The notes beneath the pieces are model-generated. The model made no database searches and was not told where the DNA came from. It saw only the letters and a program-made list of their open reading frames with translations. The position numbers were made by a program, and so were the translations under genes. Shown in pieces: positions 12,029 through 24,049 of a stretch of 64,000 bases of DNA (its first letter is position 1; each line of letters starts with the position of its first letter). The DNA is from Lama glama (Eukaryota), in contig CM052816.1 in assembly GCA_028534125.1 (NCBI GenBank), positions 3,040,001-3,104,000 of the forward strand. The letters run 5' to 3'.

Positions 12029-15000
12029 AGCTAGGAAATACAGGTAAATATGAAGAAAAAGAAAAACCATTTAAATGTTTTACAAAGTTGGTGTTCACCA
12101 TAGCTTTTGCTCAGTTTTTGAGATTATTTCTTCCGATACATAATGCATATTTACTAGCTTTTATAATTATGAAGAAGTAAGTTTCTTACCCACTTCATAT
12201 CTTTTAGGAAAGCTTAGATTGAGAGGCTGGGTGTTGAGTGCTTAGCGAATTATAAACCTTTGGAACATTCTTTTCCGTCCTTTGAGAAGAGTAAAATGGG
12301 TCAGACCTGAAGGCCTCTGACTTGTTTGCAAGGGGGCCTGGCAACTTGGTGCCCTGTGTTCTCTGGCAAACACAAAAGGATATGGCTATAGGATCAGTGC
12401 ACCCACATTCATAGTGTCCCTTATGAATCCTAGATAAATCTGGCCCCCAAGATTGCAGCACTCCAGCAAGATTCCCATGAAATGGCAGCAGCAAGCTCTG
12501 TCCTATACCTCAGCTCCTTTCATCCTCATACCCTACGGAGCAAGGCCCTTCCTCTGAGAAACCCAGAGCAGGCACGTCAGAAACAAAATTGCCAGGAGCA
12601 GCTCTGCAAAGGCTGCTGTGCAGAGTCCCCAGAACAGAGGTTCTGTTGCTTTCCAGCAACTGATTTCCAGGGCCAGCCTTCAATAAGTCCGTTTGGCAGA
12701 GTTTGTATCAAGGAAAGAGGGAGGAAATCCTAGGCAGAATTCCCTCTCGTCTCAGAAGAGCTTCATTTTGGAAATGTGTACATAGCAGTCACAGAAACAG
12801 CTTTTGTTACTGAATGGAGCATTGAAAATTTGATCTTTTGTGTCTGGTAATTTATAAACCAGTTTTATTGAACTGTATTTTCTAAAATGCAGCTAAAATA
12901 TTAGGTAGTAGGCTGGGCTCCAGTATTCCAGGATTTTTTTCCCCCTTGATATTGCACTTCTCAGTCATCAAAACTTAAGAAAAACAATTCCAAAACAGTC
13001 GTGATAAAAACATAGAAAGTCCAAACCCTCTCAGCTGGGAAACACGGCTGCAATACGACAACGGGCCACCAGACCAGAGGACTCGGTACCCACGTTCTCC
13101 TCCACGTGTTTACTCAGGCAGAGACCTGAAGAATGATGAGAAGGAGCCAGCTGTGCGACCTCCACGCGTCCAAGTGCAGAACAGACCCCACAAGTTCAGC
13201 AGGGTGTGTCCAGAGCTCAGTGTCAAGGGAGTGGAGTGGGGGAGGCGAGCAAGAGCGTGGCGGCCCCTGGCGTGAGGGGGCTGAGGAAGCACTTCCCTCC
13301 CGTCGGAAGTCCCTCAGAGGGGACCGGGCCCACCAGTGGCGGTATATTCTAAAGGCCTCGCTTGCTTTCACTGCCATGGTTGTCACAGGGCTCACCTAAC
13401 TGGGACTGTGAAAAAATGTGAGTGGAAAATTGTATGGCAATAGTTTACTATTTACTGTTGAACCTGAAATATATTAATAGTTAATCTACATGTGAAAGAT
13501 ATGAATGCTTTGTATCTAAGGGGCATTTATAAAGATAGAGTGAGCATTTCAAATAGTCACGCCTTGGCATTTGCATGTTAGTTTAAAGACTGGATTCACA
13601 CTCACTTCCTCCCTGATCTTCACAATAGCCGTAAACCGAGCGGGTAAAACAGCCATCGCCGCGTTAGAGATGAGGAAAAGGGCTCCAAGAGAGCGAAGGA
13701 GTTAGTGAAGCCACATCACCCAGGACAGGCCTCTGGAATCCAAATCCAGTTTCATTCTACTATCCCTCATTACTCCTCTGTTAATATTTCAGACCTTTTA
13801 ATTTAAGGACTGTACATCGTCAGCTTTTCCTTGCATACCCCTGTCTCCAACCACGCTGTCCCAGCTGCCATGCGATGCTCCACACACAGCGGACAGCTAG
13901 CGCAGCTAGTGAATGGTCGTTAACTAATATGTCTTTCAAGTAAGCACTGAATGCTTATGAAATCTATTTGCATTTTCTAAAGGTCACCAGCAGGAGATGA
14001 ACCACAGATCAAAGAAAAACTGATCCCTTCTGAAGAGTAAACCTTTTGTTTGTTTTGTAGAAATGGTGATATAACTTGCATTAAGACATTAGCCAAATCT
14101 CAAAGGCAGAAAAAATTCCGGCAGATTTGGAGTAGTGTAACACGAAGGCTCCTCAAGGGATCGAAAGACATGTTAAGGGTGAGCTGCAGAAACGCTGGAT
14201 GGCCGTGAAGTTAGGGGAACCCATCTAAACAGTGTGTGCTCTTGGCAATTTCTTATTTGCTCCTCTGATTCTTGCATTTGAGAAATAGAATTGAGACGCC
14301 CAGTCACCAAATAAAAGTAGAAATGTAATTTTCAGATTTAAGGTGTTCTTAAGGGAAAATCTGAATTGACATCTTTGGAATTTTTAAAGGGCATTTAGGA
14401 ATACTTGGCAATTTGAAAACCTTAGTTTGATTGCCAGTAGTTGAACTATCTTATTTTTGACAGAGGAAAAAAAAAAACAATAGCTTTAATGAAAAAATGA
14501 AGTTTGTGGCATAAGTTATAAAAGGTCCATTTTTCAGGTCATCTTTTACAGCAAAGTGATAAGATTAGATAAAAGAAATCTTAAAGTAACCTTATTTTAA
14601 TTAATTTACTAGGTTTATCAGTGTTGTCCCTTGGACTTAATTCCTATAATGAACCAAGGAAAGGATACTGTAGTTGAAATTTTTTTAGTTGTTAGGAACG
14701 TTTCACTTACTTTTAATTTCTCCAGCATGGAAGGGTGTGTATGCACATCTCAATATACACAGTATCTGTCTATATCCTTATATAATAAAGGTTGGCTCTT
14801 AAATACTGTCTCTTCACCAAATTTTTTAGATGTCCCAAGAGTTCTCAAATTTGAATGATAAAAAGGGTGCCATAAGGTACCGCTTTAGTAATTAACTGGT
14901 TCTTTAATAAGGCTTCAATTACTTTGTTTCATGATAAGGAAAAAAAAAATGTTCCAAGACAGAGTTACATTCGACATCTGGGAACCTCCTAACAGCTGGC

Positions 15001-15847
15001 TACCTAATGAATATGCATCTGCTTAAGAGGCTGTAGACCATTAATAAACCAATAGATGTAAAGCAGAAACAATCTTTGTCAGCTTCAAATGAGATTGGAT
15101 GCAATGTGCTGTGAAGTGTCACTGTCACATTGAATCGCGTTTGGGAGGTGAACAGTCCACTGTTAGCTGCTCACGTCTCTGTGGCTCTCCACTTGGGCTC
15201 TAACACTCTCCCCAGATTGGCGGCCACGTTCCTGATGTACCACTTCTTTCTCCCGAGTGCCTGATTTGAGGCTTACGATGACCGTGTTTCAAAAATGTTC
15301 CAGTAAACCACACATTTGCCGAGATGCTTTTAAAACAAAGGCGTCTTTTCCAGATGGGGAAAGGCAGGAAACACCAGGATCAAACGGGTGCAAGACGGAC
15401 TTTCAGTGAATTGGAGACTATTAAATAGAAAGAGACTTGTGTGTGTCTGCAGGTAACACGGGAACGGCGGAGGGAGCCAGCCCCTCACTCCCTTTGCAAG
15501 GCAGCCATTCAGGCACTGATAACCGGTCTAACGGGGACCCTCAAGTAAGTGGTGCACCCACCTAACAGCCGTGCGACTAGGGCCACACGCCCCCGGGTTA
15601 CTGCTGAGATTTCCTGAGGGACGGATTTGCGGCGGCTTTCTCTGAGATTGCATCCTAGATGAGGGGAGGCTGGGCCTCAAAGCGCTTGCAGGCTCGCAGC
15701 CAGAGGTGCACCCATCCCTCTGCTCTCACTGACGTGCTTGCTCACATATGTGTTTGGGGGGAATGTTAAAGGCAAAGAGGAAGGTTGGAAATTAACTCCT
15801 GTAAATTCAATTCAACTACCTTCTCTATTTCTTCTCTATTGGCTTAT

Positions 15848-16495
15848 CTTTTAAAATTGTGGTAAAAATACATAATATATTTTATGTGTACAATGTGGTG
15901 AATTTACGTGTACAAATGTGGTAAAATAACATAAAATTTACCACTGTAACCGCTTTAAAGTGTGCAGTTCAGTGATATCAGGTGCATTCACATTGTTGTG
16001 CAACCATCACCACCACCCATCTCTAGAACTTTTTCATCTTCCAAAACTAAAAAGCTCCATACCCGCTGAGCACTAGCCCCTCACCCCCAAGCCCCCGGCC
16101 CCGGGAAACCACGCCTCGACTTTCTGTCTGAAATTGACCACTCCAGAGAGCCCATGTAAGTGGATTCATACAGCTTCCGGCCTTTTGTGACAGTCTTATT
16201 TTCACTTAGCTTGCCTCAGAGTTCATCCAAGTTGTAGAATGTGTCAGAATTTCAGTCCTTTTAAGGCTGAATAATATTCCATTGTGTGTGCATAACACAT
16301 TTGGTTTACCCATTCACCCGTTAAGCCTACATTGTTCCCGCGGGTTTGTTTGCTATTGGGAAGAATGCTGCTGTGAACACGAGTGCACAGGCACTTGCTC
16401 CCGTCCCCGCTTTCAGTTCTCCTAGGTATCTGCTCAGAAGTGCCACTGCCCTGGCAGGTAAGAATTCTGCGTGCGGTTTCTGAGGAAGCGCCATC
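15848..16495 (-). mobile_element. LINE-1 3' end fragment (L1MA/MB-like)
   Basis: cattcacattgttgtgcaaccatcaccacc, ttaaggctgaataatattccattg, aatgctgctgtgaaca are typical antisense L1 3' motifs. Confidence 0.8.
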
Positions 16496-18105
16496 GGCTC
16501 GTTTTGTATCTCCGTTCGCCTTACCTTGACGTGAGGCCCTTGATCAGCTCCCATTTTCTCCCCTCGTCCTTTTCAAGGAGAAAGCCCAACAGAACCTTGG
16601 ACTTCATTCTTTTTGCTTTTTGTTTTCTCATTTCATGGCTGGAAAAGAAATGAAAATGCACACCATGGGAATAAGTTTAAGAAATGGGGGTTAAGACACA
16701 CCCACTCCCCGCAACAGGAAAGTGATTTACGACGAAGATCGTACGTAGTCTGTCACAAGCTGGGAACGCCGATTGTCTTTAAAGAACCACAGCATCAAAC
16801 ACACATGTAAAAAGCCTGACGTCTCTGCTGTGCGAGTGAATCCTCGGCCAAATAAAACACCACCTTGAATTCCTACACAGAGAGTATTACCGTATCTTAC
16901 AACTGTGAGATCCTTTCCCCAAAAAAACTATATAAAAATTGCCACCATGACTATCACCCCATTTAATATGCTCATATTACAGACAGAAAGCCAAACACCA
17001 AAGACTTCAGATGACGGACTAGCTCAGTGAGAGAGGGAAGTGCTTTTGTGCGGAAGGGCAGGTTGTACTGTTTTTGGAACTATGACAACATCCTACACCA
17101 CAGTCCAGTAAGAAATCATATATTTGGATATGCAACAATATTCTCTAACCCTGAACGGGAGGGGAGACATTTATTTGAAGGAATTCCAATGCCATACTCA
17201 GGCAGACACTATCAGGCAGATACAATCATTCTTGTATCATTTTCAATACAAGGATGTCGAATAATTTTTGTTTTTTAAGGAAAAAAGTACTTAAAAATTG
17301 TGATACATCTTGTATGGACACCTGCATATCTTAAACACTTGCAAATAAATGACTGAAACTCAGGCAATTGTAAATAATTCATTTACTCCTCATAACATGC
17401 TTGCAAGGCAACTTTCTTTGATCTATTTTTTTTTCTCTTCCCTTTCTCCTCATCACATTCCTAAACTATTTGGGGCAGATAGTTGGTTCACTTGGTTTCG
17501 GTTGGGAGTGCAATCTGAGATGATATTTCTCTCTGTCAGGGTTATATGTTATATTTTTATTGTTATGTGGCAAGTGTGGAATCCACACTAGGGATTTTTC
17601 CATGGGCTTCTCGTAACAGGTGCATTCTTAGGATTTAGCCATTAGTGCTGTGGTTCACAAAATTCTTCAGTAATGTGAAGACGATTAAATTCCTGTTGCT
17701 TGTAGCTTTCATAATTCCATATTTAATAATTTAAAAGGATTTTAAGAATTTGTTACTGAATGGGAAGAAACTTTTGAAAAGATGGGAATACATAACTCTT
17801 TGCAGCAAAATAAAGAATAATGAAATACCCAAGATCTGCTTAAGAAGTATACAGGATTTTCACTGCTCCGAAGCAACTAGTATCTCTTCCACTCCCTCGG
17901 CCACCATTCTCATTTGAGCTCAGAATGACTTCTCACAAACACCTTGTAACCAACCGCTTCCCAACTGGGTCCATGTTTCTAACCTTCCCTTCACTTTTCA
18001 CGTCTTGTGCGTCTCTCCCCAGCTCATAAACGATCCGCAGCTCCCCAGTCCCAGATGAGTTCACATGAGAGCCAGGTGCAAGCTGAATCCTCCCGAGGAA
18101 ACAGC

Positions 18106-18605
18106 NNNNNNNNNNNNNNNNNNNNNNNNNNNNNNNNNNNNNNNNNNNNNNNNNNNNNNNNNNNNNNNNNNNNNNNNNNNNNNNNNNNNNNNNNNNNNNN
18201 NNNNNNNNNNNNNNNNNNNNNNNNNNNNNNNNNNNNNNNNNNNNNNNNNNNNNNNNNNNNNNNNNNNNNNNNNNNNNNNNNNNNNNNNNNNNNNNNNNNN
18301 NNNNNNNNNNNNNNNNNNNNNNNNNNNNNNNNNNNNNNNNNNNNNNNNNNNNNNNNNNNNNNNNNNNNNNNNNNNNNNNNNNNNNNNNNNNNNNNNNNNN
18401 NNNNNNNNNNNNNNNNNNNNNNNNNNNNNNNNNNNNNNNNNNNNNNNNNNNNNNNNNNNNNNNNNNNNNNNNNNNNNNNNNNNNNNNNNNNNNNNNNNNN
18501 NNNNNNNNNNNNNNNNNNNNNNNNNNNNNNNNNNNNNNNNNNNNNNNNNNNNNNNNNNNNNNNNNNNNNNNNNNNNNNNNNNNNNNNNNNNNNNNNNNNN
18601 NNNNN
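18106..18605. other. Assembly gap (500 N)
   Basis: Run of N. Confidence 1.
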
Positions 18606-18825
18606 ACTGGGATTTCAAAATTGTAGAATAGATAAGCAAGATTATACTGTATAGCACAGGGAAATATATACAAATATATACAAGATCCTATGGTAGCTCA
18701 TAGAGAAAAAAATGTGACAATGAATATATATATGTTCATGTATAACTGAAAAATTGTGCCCTACACTGGAATTTGACACAAAATTGTAAAATGATTATAA
18801 ATCAATAAAAAATATTTTTAAAAAA
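18606..18825 (+). mobile_element. Young LINE-1 3' end abutting gap
   Basis: Highly similar to 61150-61380 (caagattata...atagcacagggaaa...tgtataactgaaaaatt...ctacactggaatttgacaca) with AATAAA and A-rich tail. Confidence 0.85.
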
Positions 18826-19304
18826 GACTTTTAAGTCATAGTCTCTTCAAATTCTTGATAGTCATCACTAATGATAAACTTTGTGCACGCGAGTGATATG
18901 AATAAAAGTTTAAAATTTTTTGAATCCATTCCAAATTTTACAATGTTTGAGTCATATTTAAAGAATCTAACAGTTCTTTGTTTTCTTACATTGACAATTG
19001 CACTGTTGAAAACTCCTTGAGATTGTGTGAATGGATTTAAAATCTTTAGGAAAGTTCTCAAAGCATTTCAAAATAATGATAATGCTTCCACTGGTAGACC
19101 AGTTATGCATAGTTAGAACAGTTACTAAGCACAGCTAGCTGGGACACCACTGAACAGAAGTCACTCACCAACAGAAGAAAGAATCCAACATGTGTGAAGA
19201 CAGATTCAGCGCCGCGCCTGCCAAGCACCCCGCACCCCCCACCCCTCCCGGTGCTCCCACTGAACTTCCCACGGGCTCCACTTGGCCTCGTGCTGCGCTC
19301 CCTC

Positions 19305-19469
19305 CAGGGCCGGCTCCACCAGCGACCTCTGCAGTCGCACAGGGCCCCACGCTCAGCAGGACCCCGCGCTTGGCTGAATGCTCCGTTGTCACCACCTTGA
19401 AATGAATTTCGAATAAGTGGCGCCACATGCTCGTTTTCCACGGGTCTCTGCAAAGAGGTAGCGGCGCTG
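19305..19469 (+). mobile_element. MER45A-like hAT-Tip100 MITE
   Basis: CAGGGCCGGCT...GCGACCTCTGCAGTCGCACAGGGCCCCACGCTCAG...CCCCGCGCTTGG...TTGAAAT matches recalled MER45 consensus; imperfect terminal inverted repeat. Confidence 0.75.
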
Positions 19470-20687
19470 GCACCTGGGGTGCCGGTAACACGCTCTCCTT
19501 CCGCAGCTGCCCCGTGCCTTTCTCCTTGATGCGCAGCGGCAAACGCGACCGCTGGCTTTTGAGTTGTGGAGCAACTTCTCAGCGGCTGCACTTGGCTCCT
19601 TGGCGTGGGGCATAACAATCAGGAGGTCATCAGGTTTGTCGGGTTTGGTGTTCACATCAGCGTGGGCCACGCCTTTACACCCTGTTCCACTCAGCTGAGG
19701 AGGCCATCGGCGCCTGTGGCTGGAAGTGACGGGCCCAGAGGTTCCAGCTGCCCCTGAAACTGAGGCGGCATCAGCCAACTCAGGACGCCGCGGCTCGCCA
19801 CTTGGGCAGTCTTGTGCAGGCTGTGTCCCCGGGTGTGTTCTTCTTGGTGAGTTCTCTGTGACCTGAGATAGATCTACTAGGCCCTAGCTAGTATTTTTCA
19901 AAGTGAGGACTGAGTATTAAATTTTGAACACCCACTCAGTGCCAGAGCGTCTAGATTTGAAGTGCAATCACTGAGGGTCCTATCCTGGAAGGACTGAAAT
20001 GAAAGACAGAACTGGAAGGAAATATTCAGAATCATTCTGGGAGCTTCCTCTGGCATGGGAGGGGTTAAAACAGTTTCTCTCAATCACTTTCGAGTTGGAA
20101 TCTCCATATGACTCTTGGTTTGATGCCATGATGTTGATCTATTAAAATTACGCATACTTATTAATATATAAGGGTATATAAAAGTGACTATGTATGTACA
20201 TACAGTTCTCTCTCTATGTATATATGTATTTAAATAAATTAAACGTTCCGAATCAGTCAGGAGAGATGACTCCGAGCCCAGGGGAGAGCAGCTTCGGCCA
20301 GAATACTCTTCACGGAGCAACGGATGTGCTCAGACGAACTTGGGAACGAGGCGGCGGAGTGAAGGGCCTCGCGGAGGCGCGACTGGATGGTGCAGGGCAG
20401 GGAAGAGGCCGCCCGGGGCCGGCAGGTTCCTCACACAGAATACCAAATGAACTAACCGCCTTCTGCCCTCAGAAGCAAGGACCACAGGGAAGGCAGCAGT
20501 TTTAGAACAAGGCCACACAAACGGAATCCGAAGAGATCATTCTCCAGTAAATAACTATTTTTACACTATTTTATATAAATAAACATGTAATACTCTCCCA
20601 TTACACAATCTTACGATCCAGCAAAAATCATGCAATGAAAACTTTTTAGATGTGGACGGCGTGGCGTCGTTTCCCTGCTCTTTCCCG

Positions 20688-20780
20688 GGTGTGTGTGAGT
20701 GTGTGTGTCTGTGTGTGTGTGTGAGAGTGTGTGTGTGTGAGTGTGTGAGTGTGTGTGTGTGAGTGTGTGGGTGTGTGTGA
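20688..20780. repeat. Compound (GT)n/(GA) microsatellite
   Basis: About 90 bp of gtgtgtgagtgtgt. Confidence 0.95.
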
Positions 20781-23700
20781 GCAAAGTAGTTCTTGTGGCT
20801 ACAGTCATCATTAGGTCCCCACGCAGTGGAAGAAAGCTGCATAACTGCATTCCCCACTTCTTAATTTTTTTGATTTTCTGATCTAAGTAAGTCTTCTGGC
20901 ACTTATAAAACGGTCTGCCCCTTTTGCTACCAGTTAATGGCTTTGCAAGGACAATGAGAAAGCTGCAAAAGCGGGCTAACCCAAGCAGCACTGAAATAAC
21001 GGAGTCGTCGCAGCAAGAACCCACAGGGTAAAGGAGGCATGAGAAGGAAAGTGAAAGCTATTCTTCCGAGCCTTCTGCATCCCTGACCACTTCGTGTTTC
21101 CAGACCGCTAACATGTTATGCTCTGCCTTACGGTGTATTTGAACCCAGATTCCTACAGAAGACAATTTTCCTGGCAGGGCTCATCTCTGGACCCAGGGGC
21201 AGGGAGAGAGGACCCTTTGGACTTCACATTCACAAAGACGTCACATACAGACGGTGGCTCTATCTCCAAATGAGGCTACACGCCCACTCATAGGTACACA
21301 GGGAGGGTTGGAAGCCGTCCATCATTCAATGTGAATTTTAAAATCATACCACATTTACAACCTTGCTTTGACATTTCTTCATTTTTTTTAAAAATGTATT
21401 GGGAGCCTTCAATAATGGAAGTGGCCAGGCTCTCTCTCAACCTTGAAGAGGCCTGTGTGTGTGTCTGTGTGTGTGTGTTTTTTTGTGTTTGTCCCCCAGT
21501 GCATTTTCATAACTGGATTGGATGTAACACGCTCAGTTAATTAAGGAATACATTTTTATTACCAGCAACACTACTGGTTATATCTTGATCTCCATAAGGA
21601 TCTGGCCAACTGGGGAGATTAGCGTGAACTGGCTCATAACTGGAGGGGAACAGAAGATGCTGTGCACTCAACACATCTGCTTTGTGTGTTTGCACTTTGT
21701 TTATCATAAAATGGGCGATAATGATAAGGATGTGTGGGAAGCACAGTGTTAATGAGAGTGCCAGTGGAGAGTGTGAACAAAAGCCACGACTTCTGAGCAA
21801 GAGCTCGATATAAATTAAACCCCAGATTTGTTCAGACTTTAGGTTTTATAGCTACGCATTTATGGCTATTAGAAAGACCTTTGGTGTTGAAATTTCTGCA
21901 AGAATAATTTCATCACTTCAAGTGTGAAACTCCCTAGTCACTGATTCCAACATTTCCCACTGAAGCAATTGCTTTATAATATTGTTTTTGTTGATGTGAC
22001 CATTTTATTACAGAACTATGTGTGTTATGTAATGTACACAACTTATAGCCACATATTTATTAATACACAGAAGGGTAATGATCAGTTGTGGCTCAGGAGG
22101 TGTCTGAATATAGTCTGAAGATAAACGCTGAAATTTCAATAGTTGCATATTTCTTTTTATGTGTATTTTCAATTTAGGGCAAATTTCCCTGTTTTGCATT
22201 GATGGTAGTGATGTTCAGCTTCCTTTTAAGTGTTAGCTAAAAAGGGAGTAAATGTACAGAAAAATATCAAATAAATAAAAATGCAGTGGTCGGCTTGGTT
22301 TAAGGCAAAAAACAAGGAGATGCTCTACCAGTGACCCAAGTTTTGGGAACAATGGGCCATGTAATAGTAAGGAAGATGTCGACTCTGCATTGGGTTTCTG
22401 ATAGTGAGGACGGCTGCACAGCCATCCTGGTGACCAGTGCCACACGCATGCAAGGCTGCGGCCTGATGTCCCAGGAGCGTGCTTTTGCACGTGACACTAA
22501 TTGGCCCACACAGGAGTGAAGCCACGACCCTCCCCTCATTAGCCACATGCTCAGACCAGCTGAGCTAGCTCGCTCTGGGTCACTGGGGTCCCATGTAGGA
22601 AATTACCATTCCAGTGCCCTGTGGTCCTCTTGTAACCCCAACTAATGAATGTCCCACGGAGCCTAATGTCATTCCTGGGGGAGCACACGGGTCTCCCAGC
22701 AGTAAAGAACTTGACAATAGGCTGAAGTTTTAACCCAGAGAGAACCAACGGAGGAGGCACAGAGAACTCAGGAAGCCTGGGAACAACCTTTCAAATGTGT
22801 GTGTGCAAGAAAAGAAGGATGGCGACAACGTTCTGCTGTGTCCATCTGTTTGCCAGGCCCAGTCTCAGGAGGTGAGATGCAAGCACAGGGAAGTGAGGAA
22901 AGATGCTGAGCATCACAGAGCAAGCTTGGCATAGCATAAATGACATTAAGTGCCTGCCGTCTGGGCCGGTGCTCTCTGTCGCCAACCCTATGAGGTAGTT
23001 GGTATTATTCTATTTTAGAGACCAGAAAACTGAGGTTCAGAAGTAGCCAGTAAAAGCATCTAAGACAGTGGGCCCCTCCTAGGATTGCCAGATTCTGGAA
23101 ATTAATACATCACCATGTTGAAAGGAAATTTTACAAGACAGACAGCCCGTCAAACCTTCCCGCTTGGGCCCCCTTGTAGATCTCAGGAGAAAGACTGCAG
23201 GCCTTCAGGGAATCTTTATTTTCCTGCTGCTTTGGCACAGCCATAGTTTAAAGCCTTGAGAAGAGGTTTTTTGTTTTGTCTTGAATAAGATGAATTTACA
23301 GTCAAGGCCTAGGGAAAGCATTCTTCTCAGGTGTTGGAGAACACTGCAAAGATAAGGATGGCAGACGTTCTAAATGCATTCTGAAGACCTGGAAAAGACC
23401 ACTAGTCACTCCACCTGCTTTTTAGCAAGACTATTGGACTGATACCCCTTCCAGGGCCAAACTAACCGCTGGGTGAAACACCAAGTGGGCCTCACCTGGC
23501 AGCCACCCTCCCCAGAGCCACAGCTGGCCCACCGCCCTGGGGGTGCCCACCACCCTGGTCCTTTCTGAAAGCCAGAAAGCCCCGTGTGTGTGTTCACTTC
23601 CAGCCAAAGAACAGTCAAATGAGAAGGGACTAGAGACACTTGACACAAACCAAAAGCCTGAATTTAACTCAGCTCTCTGGTTTCTGATTAGTCAAGGGAT

Positions 23701-24049
23701 GACTCAGCTTGCCCTCAAAGCTTCCTTCTCAATGCCTGAGAAATTTAGTATTTTTAAGGTGCAACTTGGTTAACCAACGTACGTGTCAGAGACAGAATCC
23801 CAAATTTGCCATTTATCAGCAGAGATGTTGGCCCATTATTTAACCTCTGTTTCAGTTCTCTCATGTACACACTGGGGATAAAATCTTCCCCTCACCGTGG
23901 CTGTGTCTGAACAAAGTAATGTGTGTAACACACTTGGCATGGCTGTAATGCTTGAGAGCGACAGGATTTCTTACTGCATGCTCTGCCCTCTACCGCTTCA
24001 CACAGCGCAATTGAGCAAAACGTGGTGCAAGCTGTCATGGTCCAAAAAG

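Noticed and set aside
17933..18673. Long ORFs of 188-246 aa
   Set aside because: Artefacts of translating through the 500-N gap; same for 60155-60816
19103..19778. ORFs of 125-171 aa as a possible unknown gene
   Set aside because: They overlap a MER45 relic in GC-rich DNA, mostly start at non-ATG codons, and show no recognisable domain or exon structure
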